Assembly: GCA_022844165.1 (NCBI GenBank)
Contig: JALHMH010000015.1
Span: forward strand, 26,263-90,262
Direction: 5' to 3'
DNA from: Lysobacterales bacterium
Lineage (GTDB): Bacteria; Pseudomonadota; Gammaproteobacteria; Xanthomonadales; SZUA-5
Length of the DNA stretch: 64,000 nucleotides
This document shows positions 56,773-64,000 of this stretch, one piece after another; positions within the stretch are counted from its first letter, which is position 1, and each line of letters begins with the position of its first letter. The notes below the pieces were generated by a model. The model was not told the origin of the DNA. It did not search any database and saw only the letters and a list, made by a program, of their open reading frames with translations. The position numbers and the translations under genes are program-made.

Positions 56773-57207
56773 ATGTCGACGTTTCGTGTTGCGCTGATGG
56801 CAATTTCGGTCCTGTTTCTCACCGCTTGTGCCAGCAGCGGTGGTTATCGTTACGATGATGGTTACGATGGTTACTGCAACAACTGTGGCGTCGTCGAACG
56901 AATCGAGCGTGTCTATGGCGAGCGAAAAACAACCGGTGGCGGCGCCGTGCTCGGCGCGATCATCGGCGGTGCATTGGGTAACCAGGTTGGCAAAGGCGAT
57001 GGTCGTAAAGCTGCAACAGTCGCCGGTGCTGTGGCCGGCGGCATCGTCGGCAACAACGTTGAGAAGAACCAGCGTAGCCAACCCCGCTTCGAAATTTTTG
57101 TGCGCATGGATGACGGGCGGCGTCTGGTGATCGAGCAACCCACGCTCGACGGACTGCGCGACGGCGATCGAGTGGTTGTCAGCGGCGGTCGCGCGCGCCT
57201 GCGTTGA
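56773..57207 (+). CDS. Glycine-zipper (2TM) outer-membrane lipoprotein
   Basis: RBS GGAGGAG, lipobox 'VLFLTAC' and 'GGGAVLGAIIGGALGNQVG...AGAVAGGIVGN'. Confidence 0.75.
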   Translation: MSTFRVALMAISVLFLTACASSGGYRYDDGYDGYCNNCGVVERIERVYGERKTTGGGAVLGAIIGGALGNQVGKGDGRKAATVAGAVAGGIVGNNVEKNQRSQPRFEIFVRMDDGRRLVIEQPTLDGLRDGDRVVVSGGRARLR

Positions 57208-57233
57208 ACCCCGTCTACGAGCAGCGCTCCGGC

Positions 57234-58409
57234 ATGAGGCGAATAGATCCGACGTCTCGCCTTGTGGCGAACGAAGTCACGATCGAATTCGAGTCGCAGG
57301 GAAACGTCACGCTTAAGCGTGGCGGTAACGCATTGAGCGTTTCGCCTGTAGCGCTGCGCGTGTTGGAGGCGTTCGCCGCGCCTGTTGTCTATAGCGATGC
57401 TGTCAGCCGTTTGCTCGCATCGTCGACCAAGGCGGGATTCATTACGATGACCGCCTTGATCGCCGAGCTGTTCGACCAGGGTTTTTTGGGCGAGACGGGG
57501 TCTGCACCGATGTCCGGCCGCTTCCACGGCGAAGTGGGTATGCATATCGCCATGCTCAACGATCGTGCGCGAACTCAAGCTTATCTGGACGCTATTGCCC
57601 GTATCGTGCGTCCGGGCGATGTGGTGATCGATCTGGGAACCGGCACGGGGGTCTTGGCCATGGCTGCCGCCCGAGCCGGCGCTTCGCGGGTCTACGCCAT
57701 CGAAGCCAGCAGCTTTGCCGACACGGCAGAAAAAACCGTCGCCGACAACGGCTATGCCGATGTGGTACAGATCGTACGCGGCTGGTCCACAGAAATCGAT
57801 CTCCCCGAACGCGCCGACGTGTTGCTCTCCGAGATTATCGGCAACGATCCTTTTGCCGAGGGCTTTCTGTTGTATCTGAGTGATGCGCGTCGGCGATTCT
57901 TGAAACCGGATGGGATCCTGTTGCCGGATCGTTTTGCGCTCGGAGGTTATTTCGCGAGCGCTTCGACCAGCGCGGTTTCCGAACGCCGCGTTGTCACCCA
58001 TGATGCCGTGCGTTGGCAACAAGTGTATGGGATGGATTTTTCCGAGTTTGCCGATCTCACGCGACGCACGACCATGCGACTGTATCTTCCGCCGTCGGTG
58101 AGTTCGACATGGCCGATGTGCAGTCCGGCACGCCTGCTTTGGGAGCATTGCTTCGCTCACGACCCGGAGGTTCAGTCTTTGTCCTTCGATTGGCAGATTG
58201 CCGATGAGGTCGAGCATCCGGCGTTCGTTTGGTATTTCGAGCTCGGATTTGGTACCCAGACGCTCAGCACCGATCCGCGCGTCGATTCGACATCGCACTG
58301 GAAGCTGCCGGTCGACTTGCCGCCCGCGGCAAGCAGGTATCGACTTGATCTGCGCACCAGCGCTGTTGCGCAGAAATTATTGAGTGAGTTCAAAGTGCTG
58401 TCACCGTAA
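57234..58409 (+). CDS. PRMT-like class I SAM-dependent methyltransferase (protein arginine methyltransferase homologue)
   Basis: Motif I 'VVIDLGTGTGVLAMAAARAGASRVYAIEAS', 'ADVLLSEIIGNDPFAEG' (double-E-loop-like) and 'STSHWKL' (THW-loop-like). The start is uncertain (57204 TTG or 57234 ATG). Confidence 0.65.
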   Translation: MRRIDPTSRLVANEVTIEFESQGNVTLKRGGNALSVSPVALRVLEAFAAPVVYSDAVSRLLASSTKAGFITMTALIAELFDQGFLGETGSAPMSGRFHGEVGMHIAMLNDRARTQAYLDAIARIVRPGDVVIDLGTGTGVLAMAAARAGASRVYAIEASSFADTAEKTVADNGYADVVQIVRGWSTEIDLPERADVLLSEIIGNDPFAEGFLLYLSDARRRFLKPDGILLPDRFALGGYFASASTSAVSERRVVTHDAVRWQQVYGMDFSEFADLTRRTTMRLYLPPSVSSTWPMCSPARLLWEHCFAHDPEVQSLSFDWQIADEVEHPAFVWYFELGFGTQTLSTDPRVDSTSHWKLPVDLPPAASRYRLDLRTSAVAQKLLSEFKVLSP

Positions 58410-60474
58410 TGCGGACGCCGTTCAGCGCCGCATTGCCGCTGGGCAGATCCAGATCCGACGGATCGCTGAGGTCGTTGTACGACGCGCCGGGTAGCACCTG
58501 AGCCCTTTGCAGTTTTATGCCATCGACCTGATGACCGAAGCCATGAGGCAGGCACGCGACGCCGCGCCGCAAACTGTCGTCGGCAATCACTTCCGTCACG
58601 ATGGCGCCGACGGCTGAACTTACCCGTACTCTGGCGCCATCGCCGATTCCGAGTGCCGCAAGATCTGCCGAGTGCATTTGCAACTGGTGTCGCGGTTTGC
58701 CTTTGATCAGGCGCGGTGCATTGTGCATCCAGCTGTTGTTGCTGCGGACGTCGCGGCGGCCGATCAACTGCAATCCGCCAGCGACTTCGCACGCGACCAG
58801 ACGCGCAAGATCCTGCACAATAAACTCGTGCCAACATTCGATCTGCCCGCTTGCAGTTTCCAATCGCGTCAACAACGTTGGTTCCAGTGGGCCGAGATCG
58901 AGGCCATGCACGGCACCCAGCAATGCATCGAAGTCGACGTTACCGGTCCGGCGGATCAGTGCTTCGATCAACTTTCTTGGTTCGGGCAATTCGTCGAACG
59001 CCTTTCCGGTCGCCATCGCGTAGGCTCGCGCGATGCCGCCGATGATTTGAAAGTCGGCACGTTCATTCGCGGCTTGTTCGCGCAGCGGCGTATTGATGCG
59101 GGCGATACGGCGCACGGCGAAGGCATTGAAGACCGAGTCGTAGTGATACTGCGTCAGGAACGAAGCAGGCGGAAGAATCAAATTCGCGTGGCGCGTCGTC
59201 TCGTTGATGTAAATGTCCATCGAGACCATCCATTCTAGTGATGCGAGTGCCGAGTCGAGACGCTGCCCGTTGGGTGTGGATAGCACTGGATTGCCGGCCG
59301 ACGTGAACACTGCACGCACTTGATCCTGGCCGGGCGTTTCGATTTCTTCGATCAATGCCGAGACCGGGAGTTCACCGGCGAATTCCGGCAACCCTCGAAC
59401 GCGACTATGCCAACGTGCCCGATTGCCGGGGGACGTGCCTTTGCCGGTGACCGGCATCACCGGATCGTTGGGCAACACGCCGCCGCATTTGTCGAGTTGC
59501 CCAAGGTAAATGTTGATCAGCTGTATGAGCCATTGGCAAAGCGTGCCGAAGGCTTGCGTTGACACGCCCATACGACCGTACACAGCGGCATCACGCTGCC
59601 CGTAAATCTCGCGCGCGATGCGATCGATGTCTTCATGCGGCAGGCCAGTCCGCTGCTCGATTTCATTGGCGGCAAAACCAGGCAACGCGTCCAGCGACTG
59701 CAAGAACCCGTTCAATCGCCCGCCGTAGTGTTCGAGCCGGGCCGGGCCGCAGCCGCGCAAGGCATCGAGCAGTGCGATCAAGAACACCGCGTCGCCACCG
59801 GGTTTGATGGGTAAGTGCCGCGAAGCTATTTCGGCCGTCTCGGTTCGGCGCGGATCCACGACGATCAAGGTGCCGCGTTGCGTCAGCGCTTTGAGACGTT
59901 TGGCGATGCCCGGTGCAGTCAGCAAACTGCCGTTCGAGGCTACGGGATTGGCACCCAGCATCAGCAAATAATCGCAGCGATCCAGGTCGACAATCGGGAT
60001 CAGGAACTGATGCCCATACATTGCCCAGGCAACGAGTTGATGTGGCCACTGGTCGACGCTGGAGGCAGAATAGACATTGCGCGTTTTCAGCAGCCGCAGC
60101 CACTGGGGAAGATAGGCAATGTGCCCAAAGTGGTGGACGTTCGGATTACCGACATAGGCGCCGACAGCGTTCGCGCCATATTTGGCCTGGACGGCAGCGA
60201 ACCCCTCGCCAGCGCGCTGCAGCGCTTCTTCCCATCCGATCTCGACGAATCGCCCGTTGACTTTTAGTCGTGGCGTATGCAATCGGTCCGGATCGGCTTC
60301 CAAATCCAGAATGGCGTTGCCCTTCGGGCAGATATGACCGCGGCTGAAAGGATCGCTGAGGTCGCCGCGAATGGCTGTGAGCCCTTCGTCCTGCGATTGA
60401 AATTCAAGGCCACAAATAGCCTCGCACAGTGGACAGGCGCGATACTGGCGAAACATGGCTGGACCTGAAGACAC
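58390..60474 (-). CDS. Molybdopterin (bis-MGD) oxidoreductase family protein
   Basis: N-terminal Cys cluster 'CPLCEAICGL...ICPKG' and the size and domain order of the DMSO-reductase superfamily. The substrate is unknown. Confidence 0.85.
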   Translation of the reverse strand: MSSGPAMFRQYRACPLCEAICGLEFQSQDEGLTAIRGDLSDPFSRGHICPKGNAILDLEADPDRLHTPRLKVNGRFVEIGWEEALQRAGEGFAAVQAKYGANAVGAYVGNPNVHHFGHIAYLPQWLRLLKTRNVYSASSVDQWPHQLVAWAMYGHQFLIPIVDLDRCDYLLMLGANPVASNGSLLTAPGIAKRLKALTQRGTLIVVDPRRTETAEIASRHLPIKPGGDAVFLIALLDALRGCGPARLEHYGGRLNGFLQSLDALPGFAANEIEQRTGLPHEDIDRIAREIYGQRDAAVYGRMGVSTQAFGTLCQWLIQLINIYLGQLDKCGGVLPNDPVMPVTGKGTSPGNRARWHSRVRGLPEFAGELPVSALIEEIETPGQDQVRAVFTSAGNPVLSTPNGQRLDSALASLEWMVSMDIYINETTRHANLILPPASFLTQYHYDSVFNAFAVRRIARINTPLREQAANERADFQIIGGIARAYAMATGKAFDELPEPRKLIEALIRRTGNVDFDALLGAVHGLDLGPLEPTLLTRLETASGQIECWHEFIVQDLARLVACEVAGGLQLIGRRDVRSNNSWMHNAPRLIKGKPRHQLQMHSADLAALGIGDGARVRVSSAVGAIVTEVIADDSLRRGVACLPHGFGHQVDGIKLQRAQVLPGASYNDLSDPSDLDLPSGNAALNGVRITVTAL

Positions 60475-60515
60475 CGGAGCTTCTATCGTACATTGCTTCT
60501 GGTCGCCCGTGATGA

Positions 60516-60887
60516 AGGGAATCGCAGCACCGCGTCGCGCTCTGCGCGCGAGCCGTGAAGCTGTTGCGCCAACTACCGCGTGAGAGCGACTTCGTGTTGC
60601 TGGGCAGCCAACCGCGCACGCACTTCAACGCCGAATCGCCGCGCGCATTCTTGCAGCGCGATCTCGGAAAGACTGGCATCACCGCGCACGGGTTCCGCTC
60701 GTCCTTCCGCGATTGGGCCGTAGAAACCACCAGGCTCGGCAGCGACGTTGTCGAAATGGCGCTCGCGCACACCATCAAGAACAAAGTCGAAGCCGCCTAC
60801 CGTCGCGGCGATCTTTTCGCCAAGCGTGCGAAGCTCATGCAAGCGTGGGACGATTACCTGAGCCAGCGAAAATCCGCCGCCGCTTGA
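60516..60887 (+). pseudogene. 5'-truncated P4-type tyrosine integrase (C-terminal ~120 aa only)
   Basis: 'ITAHGFRSSFRDWAVETT...VVEMALAHTIKNKVEAAYRRGDLFAKRAKLMQAW' is the catalytic C-terminus (R..HxxR..Y) of P4-like integrases. The frame is closed by a stop at 60513-60515. The roughly 280 N-terminal codons are absent. Confidence 0.8.
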
Positions 60888-60903
60888 CGAACACAACGAG
60901 CGA

Positions 60904-61719
60904 TCAAAGCTTGCCCTTGATGTAGATCGCTGCCTTCTCGATCTCGGGGAACATCGAGCTGTCATTGATCGCCATTCGGTCTAGTTCGTCGCAGATGAGC
61001 TCCTTCTTGTTCCCATTGATGTGTATTCGCTCCACCGCGATCCCATCAGGCGGTGCTGATTCAAGGTCAACATTCTGACCGAGAAGAATGAACGCACCGG
61101 ACTGGGCGAGGATGCGCCTGTTGTTGAGCTTTGGCTTTACTACTATCGCCGTCTGGAGATGCTCCGGTTTGATCTCTGCACGAAAGTGCGGTTTTTCTGC
61201 CCGAATGAACTGAAGCAATCTATCGACTGGCGTTTGCGAGTTGAAATCATGCCCCGTTTGCGTGAAATCGATTGCCCTCTTTTCGCTGTCGCTCAAATGC
61301 GCCAGGTTCGCGATACAACTTGCGGTATCGCTGTCGTAGTACTTGACCAAGTCTCGGTTAATACGGAATACGACGACCTCGCCGGGCTTGCCTGGGTCAT
61401 CTTTAGCGGCAAAGTAAAGGCCAGCAAGCGGATTCCATGTCACGTCAAGTAGCCTCGTTGGCAGCGAGTAGTGTTGAACTCGTGCCAACTGCTCAAGCGT
61501 GGTCCCATCTTGAGCAAAATCGCTTGGATGTGAAGCGACCAACTCGCGAAGAATCTGATGCTCGGCGTCACGAAACCGCGCCTCCCGAAGGACGGACGGG
61601 ACGAGCTTGAATTTGATTCGATCTGAGTGGCCCCGATAGAGCAACACTTCGTCATTGACCGGTTTGACCTGACGAATCTTGCGAACAAAACCTTCAAGGC
61701 TGGAAATCGTCTGGGTCAT
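60904..61719 (-). CDS. FRG-domain protein
   Basis: 'LLYRGHSD', 'ARVQHYSLPTRLLDVTWNPLAGLYFA' and 'RILAQSGAFILLG' match the FRG-domain core as I remember it. Confidence 0.7.
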   Translation of the reverse strand: MTQTISSLEGFVRKIRQVKPVNDEVLLYRGHSDRIKFKLVPSVLREARFRDAEHQILRELVASHPSDFAQDGTTLEQLARVQHYSLPTRLLDVTWNPLAGLYFAAKDDPGKPGEVVVFRINRDLVKYYDSDTASCIANLAHLSDSEKRAIDFTQTGHDFNSQTPVDRLLQFIRAEKPHFRAEIKPEHLQTAIVVKPKLNNRRILAQSGAFILLGQNVDLESAPPDGIAVERIHINGNKKELICDELDRMAINDSSMFPEIEKAAIYIKGKL

Positions 61720-61816
61720 CTTTGTGCAATGCTCAGCCGCGCGGCTCGCTGCTTACAATACTGCCGAATTTGGTTCGTCACCTGTAGCAAAGACGAAGAA
61801 GGCAGCGTGATCCGAG

Positions 61817-62497
61817 ATGCGCAAGATCGGGACGAGGAATCCGACGCACACAATCCGACCTGAGGCGCTAGCCACATCTCCACGAAATTGGGATGTGCTT
61901 GAAAGGAGTCTCAACGATATCTGCCCAGGTCATGGAGCTTCGGTCTTTTCGAAGGTCGCTCCGAAGGTCGACTGGCTTAGGGATTGCGTAACGTTCGCCC
62001 AGTACGGACCCTCGCCAAAGGAGCGCAAGCTTTACTGCGAGCAATTCGCAAAAGCCGCGCAAGACTTGCTCGCGCTTCTTGAGATTAGACAGGTCCAAGC
62101 TCAGTCCGGAAGGCGACATTTTCATCCGGGGTTCGTCGACATCCTGCACGCTGCCGGCGACCGGGCAAAAAAAGTTGACACTGAAGCGGAGGAATTTGTT
62201 CGCCTTCTCCTGGAAGTTGCAAATCGCGCCACATCGTCTCCTCACCGCTCGCGCTTGTCGATTGATCGAGAAGTTGTATCCCTAGCGAAGATCGTCATCG
62301 GTCTGCCGCCACATGAAAAGCCCGCGACCGTGCGCAACGACAAATACGGGGAGCCGCTCTCTGAAGATCAACATTTGCTGCTGGTCTTGCTGAAGCACGC
62401 TGGCTTTCCAGGTTCGCTCTCTCAGGCAAGCCTAGCCAAGTACTTGGCGAAGGCGCGCAAGACGGTGAATGGAAAAAGTAGGGTCAGTTGCACCTGA
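61817..62497 (+). CDS. Hypothetical protein (island cargo, divergent from the FRG gene)
   Basis: A 226-aa ORF with no recognised motif. Confidence 0.4.
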   Translation: MRKIGTRNPTHTIRPEALATSPRNWDVLERSLNDICPGHGASVFSKVAPKVDWLRDCVTFAQYGPSPKERKLYCEQFAKAAQDLLALLEIRQVQAQSGRRHFHPGFVDILHAAGDRAKKVDTEAEEFVRLLLEVANRATSSPHRSRLSIDREVVSLAKIVIGLPPHEKPATVRNDKYGEPLSEDQHLLLVLLKHAGFPGSLSQASLAKYLAKARKTVNGKSRVSCT

Positions 62498-62565
62498 CTT
62501 TTGGTTTTGCCTTCGGCGTTCTGGATGGTCAACACTCTCTCCGCACACCGACACGGAGACCGTTG

Positions 62566-62808
62566 ATGCACACGATGACCACACACGGGGCAACCGAACA
62601 ACAGATCGTCCAGCGGCGCTTGATTACCGGCCCGGTGGCTTGCCAGATTCTCGGTCTTGGAGAAACGAAGCTTTGGCAATTGGTACAACGCGGCGACATC
62701 ACCCGAATCCAACTCACGCGCAAGATGACCCGGTACGATCTCGCCGAAGTCAACGCGCTCGCCGATAGCTGGATCGCCGCAGCGAAGGCGCGGAAGGTGG
62801 CCGTATGA
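62566..62808 (+). CDS. AlpA/excisionase-family HTH DNA-binding protein
   Basis: 'LITGPVACQILGLGETKLWQLVQRGDITRIQLTRKMTRYDLAEV' is a MerR-superfamily AlpA-like HTH. GGAG lies 7 nt upstream of ATG 62566. Confidence 0.65.
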   Translation: MHTMTTHGATEQQIVQRRLITGPVACQILGLGETKLWQLVQRGDITRIQLTRKMTRYDLAEVNALADSWIAAAKARKVAV

Positions 62809-63038
62809 GGGAGCACGGCGATTCAATCGGGCTGGCGCCTTGCGAACTATTCCCCACGGCACGCCATCTGGTGTGCGTGGTGGCTACTGCATGCGACTCT
62901 GCAAGCGCGACTTGTGAAAAGCTGGCGCAGATGATGGCGCCTGAACTTGCCGAGCAACTGGCCGAACAGGGCAGAGAAATCACCCGAGCCGCCAATTGCG
63001 CGCGCCTGTCCCTCTTGCGCGAGCAACGCGCAGTGTGA
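62805..63038 (+). CDS. Hypothetical small protein
   Basis: A 77-aa ORF whose ATG overlaps the alpA-like stop. No motif recognised. Confidence 0.3.
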   Translation: MREHGDSIGLAPCELFPTARHLVCVVATACDSASATCEKLAQMMAPELAEQLAEQGREITRAANCARLSLLREQRAV

Positions 63039-63499
63039 GTGTCAAGCCGATGGAATCAAAGAGGAAACGCAACAAGAGTAAGCACGATTCGGGCTGGTCC
63101 GAAATCAAAGGTGGGCAGGCTTTCGTCATTCCGGTGGCGTTGCTCAAGCACGACAATTTTCGCCGCCTAAGTCCTCACGCCTGCAAACTCCTGTTTGACC
63201 TTGGTCGCCAGTTCACCGGGTCAAACAACGGCTATCTCCACCCCGGCATCAAGGTCTTGCGAGAACAGGGATGGCACTCTTCGCATACGATTGTCAAAGC
63301 GATTCGCGAGCTTCGACATTACCGAATCCTGACGCAAACCGTCCAGGGCGGAAAGAACCGGCCTAGCTACTACGGTTTCACGTTCCGAAAAATCACCGAG
63401 AATCCCAAACGGCCGTTCGACCGACCGATGCCGATCAAACAGCCTACCGACGAGTGGGAAACGCCGGCAGAAGCTTTTCCTTCCGGGAAAAATCCTTAG
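63035..63499 (+). CDS. Hypothetical winged-helix-like protein (possible replication/regulatory protein of the island)
   Basis: The basic N-terminus and 'SSHTIVKAIRELRHYRILTQ' suggest a wHTH. The start is either GTG 63035 (GTGA overlap with the upstream stop) or ATG 63050. Confidence 0.4.
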   Translation: MSVKPMESKRKRNKSKHDSGWSEIKGGQAFVIPVALLKHDNFRRLSPHACKLLFDLGRQFTGSNNGYLHPGIKVLREQGWHSSHTIVKAIRELRHYRILTQTVQGGKNRPSYYGFTFRKITENPKRPFDRPMPIKQPTDEWETPAEAFPSGKNP

Positions 63500-63507
63500 T
63501 GCAATAG

Positions 63508-63643
63508 GTGCACAAAATTAGAGCAGCCACTGCTCAAGTCTGCCTGCGGTTTGTGCTCTCACTGCACAAGATTTCGCCAGCTTGTGCATTACGTGCCCTA
63601 GTCCGCACGACTTTGAGAGGTGCGTTTGTGCAGCGACTGCACA
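63508..63643. promoter_or_regulatory. Cluster of TTGTGC(A)/(T)GCACAA half-sites and inverted repeats (operator or iteron-like)
   Basis: TTGTGC-N7-GCACAA at 63551-63569. TGTGCAG-cga-CTGCACA at 63627-63643. Extra half-sites near 63508-63517 and 63582-63588. The region is noncoding and lies between convergent ORFs. Confidence 0.35.
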
Positions 63644-63722
63644 GTTATGCATCTTATGCCATACCAATGCTTGAAGATCGGGATCAGGCACCGTTGAATC
63701 GGTTCGCAGCCGATGCCAAAAC

Positions 63723-64000
63723 TCAAGCCCTAACCTTCGCTTGCATCGCTTCGCTTGTATCGCGGCTATCGTCGGCGGATTGCTTAGGCTCGGTCGCCGA
63801 CGAAGGATCGAGCACCGGGAGCAGGTAGCTGTTCCAGTTGCTAGCGGCCAAGTTCTCCCAATACGACTGGCCGTCCTCCGCGTCGCGCTTCGCATACCAC
63901 GGGTGCCGCACGTACCGCTCTCTCAATCGTGCTGCGCCCAACGCCAATTTCTGGGCGGAGGTTAGGTTCTTGAGATGCTCGGGAATCTCTCGCGTCGTCA
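63723..64000 (-). CDS. Hypothetical protein, 5'-partial (continues beyond the window end)
   Basis: The minus-strand frame is open from nt 64000 down to the TGA at 63723-63725 ('...EIPEHLKNLTSAQKLALGAARLRERYVRHPWYAKRDAEDGQSYWENL...'). No family recognised. Confidence 0.35.
   Translation of the reverse strand, partial: TTREIPEHLKNLTSAQKLALGAARLRERYVRHPWYAKRDAEDGQSYWENLAASNWNSYLLPVLDPSSATEPKQSADDSRDTSEAMQAKVRA

Larger units (their letters stand above)
60516..64000. mobile_element. Remnant of an integrative genomic island (extends past the window end)
   Basis: Truncated integrase, lower-GC cargo (FRG-domain gene, hypotheticals), alpA-like excisionase/regulator and iteron-like repeats. The right boundary is not in the window. 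Confidence 0.55.

Overview
This is a high-GC (by eye over 60%) gammaproteobacterial chromosome segment. The gene order (serC-serA-pheA-hisC-aroA-cmk-rpsA-ihfB-lapA-lapB-wbpL-wbpM, a divergent bamE/fur pair, hslVU, bfd-bfr) looks like Xanthomonadales/Lysobacterales, but that is an inference. I call about 70 protein genes, one tRNA-Phe(GAA) and RNase P RNA (rnpB). I saw no rRNA, no CRISPR array and no intact IS element. Most of the window is housekeeping. It is interrupted by visibly AT-richer accessory islets. (i) At about 9.8-11.1 kb there is an orphan polymorphic-toxin-like C-terminal module with a signal-peptide immunity-like gene, downstream of a large secreted subtilase. (ii) At 33.3-34.1 kb there is a SET-domain gene plus a membrane protein, next to a cNMP-FHA / FHA / STAS operon. 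(iii) vapBC, a solitary hicB-like ORF and an uncertain 79-aa ORF sit in three junctions of the aromatic-amino-acid/rpsA supra-operon. (iv) At 60.5-64 kb lies the remnant of a P4-type integrative island, with a 5'-truncated integrase, an FRG-domain gene, an alpA-like gene and iteron-like inverted repeats. The least-explained signals are these four. Three unrelated secreted proteins share a bare C-terminal LFANGFE-stop heptapeptide. A roughly 205-bp structured repeat occurs twice, at 7.0 kb and 38.5 kb. A 530-bp convergent intergenic region is T-depleted and AGGA-rich. The toxin-like module has no in-frame delivery domain. All functional calls come from reading the supplied translations and recognising motifs from memory. 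No database search was run.
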